46,345 nt of DNA from Candidatus Proelusimicrobium bovinum (GTDB lineage: Bacteria; Elusimicrobiota; Elusimicrobia; Elusimicrobiales; Elusimicrobiaceae): contig CADAXZ010000004.1 in the NCBI GenBank assembly GCA_902791965.1, positions 1 through 46,345 on the forward strand, given 5' to 3'. Position numbers and translations under genes: made by a program. Below are positions 38,856-46,345 of the stretch, piece by piece (the first letter of the stretch is position 1; every line of letters begins with the position of its first letter). The notes below the pieces were generated by a model. It saw nothing but the letters and a program-made list of their open reading frames with translations. It was not told the DNA's origin and searched no databases.

Positions 38856-39884
38856 ATGAGAAAACTAACTTTAGTTTTATTGACGGTAGTTTTACTGACG
38901 GGTTGTACACACCAACTAAAAAAAGATAATCTTTCACTTTGGAACGATACCGCACCTGCCAAACAGGCTCTTGTAAATTATGTGCGCGCGGTTACGGATA
39001 AGAAATCTCCCGACTTTATTCCTGTGAAAAACCGCATTGCCGTGTTTGATTTAGACGGAACACTCATATTGGAAACAGACCCGACGTATTTTGATTGGGC
39101 CTTGTTTGAACACCGCGTATTGGATGATACTGACTACAAACCTACACAAGAACAATTAACGGCGGCTAAAAATTCTCGCGAGAAAGGCATTTTCCCGCCG
39201 CTCAATAATAACCGCGAGAAAATGGTTTCACAAGCATACCAAGGGCTTTCTGTACAGCAATTTTATGATTTTATCCGTGTCTTTATGCAGCAGGACCAAC
39301 CCGGGTTTGAAGGAATGAAACGCGGGGATATTTTTTACAAACCAATGTTAGAAGTGGTGGAATATCTGGTCAAAAATAAATTTACGGTCTATATTTGCAG
39401 CGGGACAGACCGATTAACCGTACGCCCTATTATTGAAGCAAATATGCCTTATATCCCAAACAATCAAATACTCGGCTCTGACAGTACGATTGTCGCAAGC
39501 GGGCAAGGCAATCAAGACGGACTTGAGTATATATTTGAAAATGGCGACGAACTTGTATTGGGTGGAAAGAATCTTATCAAAAACCTGCAAATGAACAAAG
39601 TGTCGCTTATTGAGCGGGAAATCGGAACACAACCCGTATTGGCGTTTGGCAATACATTTAGTGATGCCAGTATGGTGAACTATACCATTTACAACAACAA
39701 ATACAAAGCACTCGGCTTTATGCTTGAATGTGATGACTTGGAGCGTGAGTACGGCAATATACAAAAAGCCAAAAAGATGCATGAAGGGTGCGAAAAATAT
39801 GGCTGGATATGTATTTCCATGCGGGACGATTGGAAAACTATTTACGGAGATGGTATTAAACGGCAGCAAACAAGAAATTATTAG
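38856..39884 (+). CDS. HAD-superfamily hydrolase lipoprotein
   Basis: The lipoprotein signal MRKLTLVLLTVVLLTGC (lipobox LTGC) starts at 38856 with RBS GAGGAAG 7 nt upstream. The ORF-track start at 38742 would overlap preA and lacks an RBS. HAD motif I VFDLDGTL. Confidence 0.7.
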   Translation: MRKLTLVLLTVVLLTGCTHQLKKDNLSLWNDTAPAKQALVNYVRAVTDKKSPDFIPVKNRIAVFDLDGTLILETDPTYFDWALFEHRVLDDTDYKPTQEQLTAAKNSREKGIFPPLNNNREKMVSQAYQGLSVQQFYDFIRVFMQQDQPGFEGMKRGDIFYKPMLEVVEYLVKNKFTVYICSGTDRLTVRPIIEANMPYIPNNQILGSDSTIVASGQGNQDGLEYIFENGDELVLGGKNLIKNLQMNKVSLIEREIGTQPVLAFGNTFSDASMVNYTIYNNKYKALGFMLECDDLEREYGNIQKAKKMHEGCEKYGWICISMRDDWKTIYGDGIKRQQTRNY

Positions 39885-40104
39885 TTGTTTATGCGCCCGT
39901 TCTCGTACTTACGAATTATACCGGAGTACAACTTAAACTATTAGGTATCCACAAGATAACCCTTTGCGTTATAATATGCTAACAAAACAGTTATTATCTT
40001 AATATTACTTAAAGCAGGCCTTTAGAGCAAAAATAAAATTATCTTCCTAACCTCAAATAAAGTAAAATAAATTTGAAGTTAAATCTTATTATAAGGAGAA
40101 TATA

Positions 40105-41457
40105 ATGAACCCAGTAATTTCCGCGGTCATATTCCTTGTGGGATTAGTCCTGTTGGGTGTGGCCATAAAACTGATTTTTATTATCCTTGATTTGCGCAGG
40201 GTTGTTCCCACAAATCAAGTGCATATCGTGCAGCGTGCAAAACAAACAATATCTTACGGTAAAGATACCCCTAACGGCAATACTTACTATGAATTTCCCT
40301 CTTGGATACCGATACTCGGTATTACCAAAATTGTTTTGCCGGTATCGGTGTTTGATTTGGATTTAAAAGCCTACGAAGCCTACGATATAGGCCGTCTGCC
40401 TTTTGTGGTGGATATTAAGGCGTTCTTCCGTATTGATGATTCAAATATGGCGGCTGCGCGCGTAGCGTCTTTCGGCGAACTTAAAGAACAACTTTTAGGC
40501 ATTGTGCAAGGTGCGGTGCGTTCAATTTTGGCAAATTCCGCCTTGGAAAAAATTATGAGCGAACGCTCTATGTACGGAGAAACTTTCACTAAAGAAGTTG
40601 CCGAGCAGTTAAAGGCTTGGGGTGTTGTACCCGTAAAAAACATTGAGTTAATGGATGTACGCGATTCCCCGTCATCACAGGTTATTGCAAACATTATGGC
40701 AAAAAAGCAATCTTTGATAGAAAAGGAAAGCCGTACCGAAGTTGCCCGCAACCGCCAGCAGGCCGAAGAAGCGGAAATTGAAGCATCAAGGGAAGTCGCC
40801 CTTAAAAAACAGGCCGCCAAACAGGCCGTAGGAGAAAGGGAAGCGGAAGCCGATAAAAAAATCGGTATGGCAAAGGCCCTTTCCGATGCGGAAATTGCCG
40901 AGTCTTTAAAGGCTACGCGCGAAAAGGAAATGGAAGTAGAACGCATTAAAGCCGTAAGGGCGGCGGAAATAGCCAAAGAGGCAACCGTCGTTAATGCAGA
41001 AGCGGCAAAACGCGCTAAAGTCCTGCAGTGGGAAGCAAATAAAGAATCCGCCCTCTTGGAAGCCGCCGCCAACTTGGAACTTAAAACCAAGGAAGCGGAA
41101 GGTATAAAAATACAAGGTTTTGCAAAAGCCGATGCGGAAAGGGAAATGCAACTTGCTTCCGTAAAAGCGCAAATTACTTTGGCCGAACAAATCGGCAATA
41201 ATGCAGGGTATCAGGAATATTTGGTTCGTATCCGCACAGTTGAAGCACAGCAGGCTATCGGCGTAGAACAAGCCAAAAACTTGGGTAAAGCCGATATTAA
41301 AGTTATTGCCAATGCAGGCTCTGTTGATGCAGGCGTTAAAAATGTTATGGACTTATTTACCCCCAAAGGCGGCACAGCCGTAGGCGGTGCTTTGGAAGCC
41401 CTTGCCAATACGGATATAGGCAAAAAGATTGTAGATAAGATAACCGATAAAAAATAG
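40105..41457 (+). CDS. flotillin-like SPFH/band-7 family protein (YqiK/FloT-type)
   Basis: 450 aa; N-terminal TM helix, SPFH domain, then long Ala/Glu-rich coiled-coil repeats (EA motifs) typical of bacterial flotillins; RBS AAGGAG upstream. Confidence 0.85.
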   Translation: MNPVISAVIFLVGLVLLGVAIKLIFIILDLRRVVPTNQVHIVQRAKQTISYGKDTPNGNTYYEFPSWIPILGITKIVLPVSVFDLDLKAYEAYDIGRLPFVVDIKAFFRIDDSNMAAARVASFGELKEQLLGIVQGAVRSILANSALEKIMSERSMYGETFTKEVAEQLKAWGVVPVKNIELMDVRDSPSSQVIANIMAKKQSLIEKESRTEVARNRQQAEEAEIEASREVALKKQAAKQAVGEREAEADKKIGMAKALSDAEIAESLKATREKEMEVERIKAVRAAEIAKEATVVNAEAAKRAKVLQWEANKESALLEAAANLELKTKEAEGIKIQGFAKADAEREMQLASVKAQITLAEQIGNNAGYQEYLVRIRTVEAQQAIGVEQAKNLGKADIKVIANAGSVDAGVKNVMDLFTPKGGTAVGGALEALANTDIGKKIVDKITDKK

Positions 41458-41489
41458 CCGTTATCACAGGCAAATTAAGCCTTAAAACA

Positions 41490-41523
41490 AAAAAGCGGGG
41501 ATATAAAACTCCCCGCTTTTTTA
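41490..41523 (+). terminator. rho-independent terminator after the flotillin gene
   Basis: agcgggga-tataaaac-tccccgct, 8-bp stem followed by tttttt. Confidence 0.8.
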
Positions 41524-41643
41524 CTATAATTTTGCTGCTGTAACCATTTTAAAATCTTCCGCTTTCTAATTTTTGTTGCCTTTAAAGGCGTTTAGTTTAT
41601 ATACTAATAATATGTATTTTATATATAGGGAGCAGACTGATAA

Positions 41644-44193
41644 ATGAAAATACACTCTTTTAAAGTAACACCTAATTTGCCGGAAAATATGAAGTTTTTG
41701 GAAGAACTTTCCAATAATATGTGGTTCGCTTGGAACTGGCCGGCTATAACACTCTTTTTAAGAATTGACGAAAAACTTTGGGAAAAATCCCAAAGAATGC
41801 CCAAATGGTTAATGGCGACCGTCCCCCAAAAACGCCTTGAAGAATTAAGCAAAGACGAATCTTTTATAACACACCTTAATTTTGTTGAAAAACTTTACAG
41901 GGATTACCAAAATAACAAAAACACTTGGTATAACCAAATTAAAGGCGAAGGCAAGGAAAATTTCCTTACGGCGTATTTCTCTATGGAATACGGTATCGGC
42001 GAGGGTTTGCCTATTTATTCCGGCGGTTTGGGTATGCTTTCCGGCGACCATATCAAAAGCACCAGCGATTTGGGGCTGCCTTTAATCGGCGTAGGTTTAT
42101 TTTATCAAAGGGGCTATGTAAAACAGGTTTTAAATAAAGACGGCTGGCAGGGAGAAGAATTTCCCGAAAACGACTGGGCGCATATGGCCGTAGAGCCTGT
42201 ACGCAATGCGCAGGGCAATAACCTTACGGTTGATATTCCTTTAGGAAGGGAAACCGTAAAAGCAATGATATGGCGCGTTCCCGTCGGCAGGACTTCTTTA
42301 TATTTGCTTGATACCAATTTGCCGGAAAACGCCCCCTATCACAGAACTATTACAGAGCAACTTTACGGCGGCGACAGGGAAAACCGCATCAAACAGGAAA
42401 TTGTACTTGGCGTAGGCGGCGTAAAGGCCTTAAAGGCTATGGGTATGGAGCCTACGGTTTATCACATTAACGAAGGCCATTCCGCATTTTTGCTTTGCGA
42501 GCGTATTATCCAAATTATGCAGGATAAAAAACTTTCCTTCAGCGAGGCCAAAGAAATTGTTTGGGCCACATCTGTTTTTACAACCCACACGCCTGTTATC
42601 GCAGGTAATGAGCATTTTGATTTTAACCTTGTCAAAAAGTTTATGGAGCCTTATGTAGCGCAACTTGGTATCGGTTGGGATGCGTTTTTGGACTTCGGAA
42701 AGGAAACACCGCAATCGCCGATGTTCTGTATGACGGTATTTGCGCTTAAACTTTCCGCTTATTTAAACGGTGTGGCAAAACTGCACGGTGTAGTTTCAAG
42801 GGAAATGTGGAAGAATATTTGGCCCGGTTTAAGCACATCGGAAGTACCCATAACAAGCATTACAAACGGCATACACCCCGCAAGTTGGGTCAGCCATGAA
42901 CACAGCGAACTTTACCGTAAGTACCTTTACGACGGTAAAGATTCCTTTGACCAATTTGACCAAAAAATCTTTGATAAAGTGGATAATATCCCCGCGCAGG
43001 AACTTTGGACTACCCACAATATCAGAAAAGATAAACTTATCAAACATATCCGCACCAAAGCACACGACCAGGCAGTAAGATTAGCCTCAAACGCTATGAT
43101 TATTAAGCAATCTTCCAAAGTGCTTAAAGAAGGCGTGCTTACAATCGGTTTTGCAAGACGCTTTGCCACTTATAAAAGGGCCACGCTCTTGTTTAAAGAT
43201 TTAGACAGGCTTTCTTCTATCGTAAACAACCCCGAAAGGCCGGTACAGTTTGTTTTTGCCGGTAAAGCACACCCCGCAGATACGGCAGGCAAGGAATTTA
43301 TCAAACAGATTTTCAATATTATGCTTGACCCGCGCTTTAAAGGCAAAATTGTCTTTGCGGAAGATTATAATATGAACTTGGCCCGCTATATGGTGCAGGG
43401 CGTTGATGTGTGGCTTAATAACCCTGTGCGCCCTATGGAAGCCTCAGGCACAAGCGGTATGAAAGCCGCCCTTAACGGTGCTTTGGCCCTTTCCATTTTA
43501 GACGGCTGGTGGGACGAAGTCGGCCCGTGCGATTTCAGCTGGTCCATTATCGGTGCAAAATCTTACCAGAACGACCAGCAACGCGACGAAGTTGAATCAC
43601 AAGCACTTTACAATTTGCTTGAGCAGGAAGTTGTGCCGTGCTATTACAACAGAGATAAAGACGGCATACCGCAAGAGTGGATTAAAAAGATGAAAACTTC
43701 CATAAAAACTATTGTGCCTTTCTTTAACACCAACAGAATGGTACAGGAATATTATGAAAGATTTTACAGCAAAGCCCACTATTACGGCAATATTTTAAAG
43801 AGCGAAGGCCAAACGGCAGCACTTGCCGCATGGAGAAACAGAATCGCTGCGAATTGGGCAAGGGTTTCCGTAGTTGATACCACAGGCAATATTGACAGGA
43901 CGGTACTTGTCGGCGAAACTTTAAAATTTACCGCAAAAGTAACCCTTGGCGATTTAAAACCGGAAGATGTTGTAGTGCAAATCCAAATGGGGCAGCGCGC
44001 TTTGGGCGGCGGTTTTGAAAGCGCAAAAGATTTTGCTATGGTTTGCAAAGGCAAGCAAGGCGATACATATTTATATGAAGCCGAAATCCAGCCCGAAGCC
44101 AGCGGCCGGCAGGATTATGCAATGCGTATAATTCCGTTTAACAAAGCCATTCCCAATCCGTTCACGCCTATCTTTGTAAGGTGGGAAATGTAA
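41644..44193 (+). CDS. glgP: alpha-glucan (glycogen/maltodextrin) phosphorylase, GT35, alpha-glucan family phosphorylase type
   Basis: 849 aa; GGLGMLSGDHIKSTSDLGLPLIGVGLFYQRGY glucan-binding region; PLP-lysine motif EASGTSGMKAALNG. Confidence 0.92.
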   Translation: MKIHSFKVTPNLPENMKFLEELSNNMWFAWNWPAITLFLRIDEKLWEKSQRMPKWLMATVPQKRLEELSKDESFITHLNFVEKLYRDYQNNKNTWYNQIKGEGKENFLTAYFSMEYGIGEGLPIYSGGLGMLSGDHIKSTSDLGLPLIGVGLFYQRGYVKQVLNKDGWQGEEFPENDWAHMAVEPVRNAQGNNLTVDIPLGRETVKAMIWRVPVGRTSLYLLDTNLPENAPYHRTITEQLYGGDRENRIKQEIVLGVGGVKALKAMGMEPTVYHINEGHSAFLLCERIIQIMQDKKLSFSEAKEIVWATSVFTTHTPVIAGNEHFDFNLVKKFMEPYVAQLGIGWDAFLDFGKETPQSPMFCMTVFALKLSAYLNGVAKLHGVVSREMWKNIWPGLSTSEVPITSITNGIHPASWVSHEHSELYRKYLYDGKDSFDQFDQKIFDKVDNIPAQELWTTHNIRKDKLIKHIRTKAHDQAVRLASNAMIIKQSSKVLKEGVLTIGFARRFATYKRATLLFKDLDRLSSIVNNPERPVQFVFAGKAHPADTAGKEFIKQIFNIMLDPRFKGKIVFAEDYNMNLARYMVQGVDVWLNNPVRPMEASGTSGMKAALNGALALSILDGWWDEVGPCDFSWSIIGAKSYQNDQQRDEVESQALYNLLEQEVVPCYYNRDKDGIPQEWIKKMKTSIKTIVPFFNTNRMVQEYYERFYSKAHYYGNILKSEGQTAALAAWRNRIAANWARVSVVDTTGNIDRTVLVGETLKFTAKVTLGDLKPEDVVVQIQMGQRALGGGFESAKDFAMVCKGKQGDTYLYEAEIQPEASGRQDYAMRIIPFNKAIPNPFTPIFVRWEM

Positions 44194-44330
44194 GTTAAAC
44201 AATTAAGCGCTGATTTAAACACAAGTTTTAAACCAGCAACAATTTAAGCCCCTGCTTTTGCGGGGGCAGTTGTAAAAGTTTTAAAGCAGTAAATAAACTT
44301 GCGCTAATTACGCAGTTTATAACAATTTAT

Positions 44331-44490
44331 CTGTTTTTGGAACTGTATGAAGAATACAGTGGCTTTTAAAAAGGCTCATTTCCACTCCAAAAACAGTCGT
44401 TTTAAAGCACGAAGCAAAAGGAAGTCATGAGCCTTTTGTTTCGTGTTTAGTGCTTTCTGCCATATACACTATGGCAGAAGGCCGCGGCTG
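44331..44490. other. cluster of three strong stem-loops (nested inverted repeats) in the 370-bp spacer preceding the low-GC glycan locus
   Basis: (1) ctgtttttgg (44331..44340) pairs with ccaaaaacag (44387..44396), enclosing the palindrome actgtat-gaaga-atacagt (44342..44360). (2) gcacgaagcaaaagg/ccttttgtttcgtgt, a 15-bp stem with 2 G:U pairs, around 44402..44442. (3) gctttctgccata-tacac-tatggcagaaggc, a 13-bp stem, around 44454..44487. Confidence 0.5.
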
Positions 44491-44565
44491 TTATTATTTG
44501 GGTTAGTGGAAATGGCTCAAATATAACAGCCGTTTTATTTTTTATAATTCTGTTCCAAAAACGCA

Positions 44566-45507
44566 ATGGATGACAGAATTATGAAAAACATACTTTATAA
44601 ATGGCAAGAAAGCATAATAAAAAAATATATATATTGCACTAAAGGTAAAAGTTATACTTACGCATATTCCTATTGGCCTTATATAAAATACCGTATAAAT
44701 AGTAATAGCAGTGCAGATATTTTATTTAAAAATAGACTTTTGGTTAAGAGCCAACCTTTTACAAATTTACATTCTGAACTTCATATAGAAAAGTGCTATA
44801 TTTTAGGTTCAGGACCATCCATAAAAAAACAAGATTTGTCTTGTTTACGAGATAAACCTGTCATTACATTAAACGGTTCTATAACAGCCGCTAAACAATA
44901 TAATTTGAAACCGATATTACATTGTATAATAGATGCAACTTTTATATGCAATAAATTCAGCATCTTGCAAAATAATTTACCTCCGCAAGTTCCATTAGGC
45001 CTTTCCCCTTCAGTATTAAAGGCTTTAGTATGGTATGTACCAGAATTGTTAAAAAATCATCCTGTATATTTGCTGTTAAATCCTTTGGAAATATTCCCTT
45101 ATCCTTCCAAAACAGTTAAAGAATTAAATACTGATTATTTTATAACAAATGACAATAAAAACAGTGCTTTTTCTATTTTCCCGCAAGCAGGTTTATTTGA
45201 CGGCGGGACTGTAATGAGTATAGCAATACAACTGTCATATTATATGGGGTTTAAGAAAACATTTTTATTAGGGCTTGATATTTCTAATGCTAATCAACCT
45301 CGTTTTTATGAAAAACAAGGGCAACAGTTAAAATGCGGTCTTTTGGATGATTATGAAAATAAAATTTTGCCATTTATGACATTGACCGCCAGCATATTTA
45401 ACAAAACGGGCCGGCTTATATATAACTGTTCACCTGTAAGCAAATTGCCTTACAGTATTATCCCTTATGCGGAATTTCCTGTTTTGGGGAGTGAAAAGAA
45501 TGTTTAG
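44566..45507 (+). CDS. putative glycosyltransferase, CstII/GT42-like or MptE/DUF115-like fold
   Basis: 313 aa; LGSGPS(I)KK nucleotide-sugar-binding-like motif and a later DGGTVMSIAIQLSYYMGFKKTFLLGLD block resembling the CstII sialyltransferase / Maf-PseE fold; strongly AT-rich codon usage; alternative start at 44581. Confidence 0.4.
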   Translation: MDDRIMKNILYKWQESIIKKYIYCTKGKSYTYAYSYWPYIKYRINSNSSADILFKNRLLVKSQPFTNLHSELHIEKCYILGSGPSIKKQDLSCLRDKPVITLNGSITAAKQYNLKPILHCIIDATFICNKFSILQNNLPPQVPLGLSPSVLKALVWYVPELLKNHPVYLLLNPLEIFPYPSKTVKELNTDYFITNDNKNSAFSIFPQAGLFDGGTVMSIAIQLSYYMGFKKTFLLGLDISNANQPRFYEKQGQQLKCGLLDDYENKILPFMTLTASIFNKTGRLIYNCSPVSKLPYSIIPYAEFPVLGSEKNV

Positions 45508-46345
45508 AAGAATAGAAGATATAGTGTTTGTTATTCCTAATTTACAGGGCGGAGGAGCAGAAAGGGTTGTTTTGACTCTTTGTAAGGGGTTTTATCGCTA
45601 TTTGCATATAAAGTGTCATATCATAGTATTTAATACTAAAAAGGATTATGATATTAAAGATGTGCAAAATATATATCCGTATTCCTTTAATAAAAAAGAT
45701 TCTAAAAGAGAAAAAGCCCGCAAATTAGATGCTTTTATATTACAAAAAACAGGTAATATGCCAAAAGCGGTATTCTCAAACTTAACAGAAGCGGATAAAA
45801 TTTTAAAATATAGCGAACTGCCTGTTTTTCATATTATTCACAGTACTCCTTCAATATCAGAGTGGGGGAAGAAGAAAGGCATTAACCGTATTTTTGCTTG
45901 GTGGAAAACAAAATGTTATTACAATAAACATCCTTCAATTTGTGTATCTATGGGAGTATTGTTGGATTTTAAAAAATATATTAACAGGCGTGCATTATGT
46001 ATTTATAATCCTATAGATAAGGATGACATAATAAAACAATCCAATGCTTTTATTCCCGAATACAAAGATTATATATTAGCCGTCGGGACATGCAATAATG
46101 CAAAGAACCACCCTTTACTGATACAATCTTATTTAAAACTAAATACAAATAAAAAACTTATCATTATAGGCAGACAAGGGAGTATGTCCGATACTTGTAT
46201 GCAATTGATAAAGAATTTAAAACTTGAAAGTAAAGTTATTTTTACAGGTTTTAAGAAAAATCCCTATCCGTATATAAAATATGCAGATTTATTTGTTCTT
46301 TCCTCTGATTATGAAGGTTTGTCTATGTCATTATTAGAAGCGATT
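45500..46345 (+). CDS. glycosyltransferase family 1/GT4 (partial, 3' end outside window)
   Basis: Starts MFRRIEDIVFVIPNLQGGGAERVV, the GT4 N-terminal glycine-rich donor-binding signature; the window ends in ...LFVLSSDYEGLSMSLLEAI, the EX7E region; overlaps the previous ORF by 8 nt (ATGTTTAG); not in the ORF track because no stop is present in the window. Confidence 0.75.
   Translation, partial: MFRRIEDIVFVIPNLQGGGAERVVLTLCKGFYRYLHIKCHIIVFNTKKDYDIKDVQNIYPYSFNKKDSKREKARKLDAFILQKTGNMPKAVFSNLTEADKILKYSELPVFHIIHSTPSISEWGKKKGINRIFAWWKTKCYYNKHPSICVSMGVLLDFKKYINRRALCIYNPIDKDDIIKQSNAFIPEYKDYILAVGTCNNAKNHPLLIQSYLKLNTNKKLIIIGRQGSMSDTCMQLIKNLKLESKVIFTGFKKNPYPYIKYADLFVLSSDYEGLSMSLLEAI

Noticed and set aside
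40380-41198. 272-aa antisense ORF inside the flotillin gene (and similar antisense ORFs inside ychF 35543..36346, smc, valS, pcrA)
   Set aside because: These are Ala/Ser-rich low-complexity translations typical of the reverse strand of coiled-coil or GC-skewed coding regions. They are fully contained in well-supported genes.
44342-44360. LexA/SOS-box-like palindrome aCTGTatgaagaatACAGt
   Set aside because: The spacing is CTGT-N9-ACAG rather than the canonical N8, and no SOS gene follows it. It is kept only as part of the structured-spacer finding.
1-46345. Search for CRISPR arrays, IS elements, integrases and toxin-antitoxin pairs
   Set aside because: No regularly spaced short repeats, no transposase or integrase-like ORFs, and no small adjacent ORF pairs with TA-like features were found. 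The only mobility-like signal is the tRNA-Ser repeat scar.

Overview
This 46.3-kb window is a chromosomal segment of a diderm (Gram-negative-type) bacterium with moderate GC content. The gene products, the Shine-Dalgarno sites and the envelope-protein content (lipoproteins, an outer-membrane beta-barrel, an LpoB-like protein) point to this. Most of it is core housekeeping sequence. I can support: a SpoIID/LytB-domain protein; ruvB-ruvA; an acyl-ACP thioesterase plus an Rrf2 regulator convergent with cysK; a parvulin-type foldase lipoprotein; tRNA-Ser(GGA); valS; rdgB; an MBL-fold hydrolase; a NOL1/NOP2/Sun rRNA methyltransferase; a six-gene envelope operon (LpoB-like lipoprotein, two further lipoproteins, an FKBP isomerase and two membrane proteins); tRNA-Ala(GGC); a metallophosphoesterase; smc; an outer-membrane beta-barrel; a NUDIX hydrolase; gatC-gatA (gatA interrupted by a homopolymer frameshift); a very large polytopic membrane protein; the operon ychF-rlmD/rumA-pcrA/uvrD; tRNA-Glu(CTC); a secreted VanX-type D-Ala-D-Ala dipeptidase; a preA-like dihydropyrimidine dehydrogenase; an HAD lipoprotein; a flotillin; and an alpha-glucan phosphorylase. 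From about 44.2 kb the GC content drops and a glycosyltransferase (surface-glycan) locus begins and runs off the window. I found no CRISPR array, no IS/transposase/integrase and no toxin-antitoxin pair. The items I would look at again are: (i) the tightly packed envelope operon of three consecutive lipoproteins, a periplasmic FKBP and two membrane proteins, only the first of which I can place (LpoB/COG3417-like fold); (ii) a 122-bp tandem direct repeat carrying the last 18 nt of tRNA-Ser plus its terminator, which looks like an att-site-like scar; (iii) a frameshifted gatA; (iv) a small secreted peptide rich in His and Cys; (v) a block of three strong stem-loops at the boundary of the low-GC glycan island; and (vi) a palindromic operator candidate overlapping the cysK promoter next to the Rrf2 regulator.
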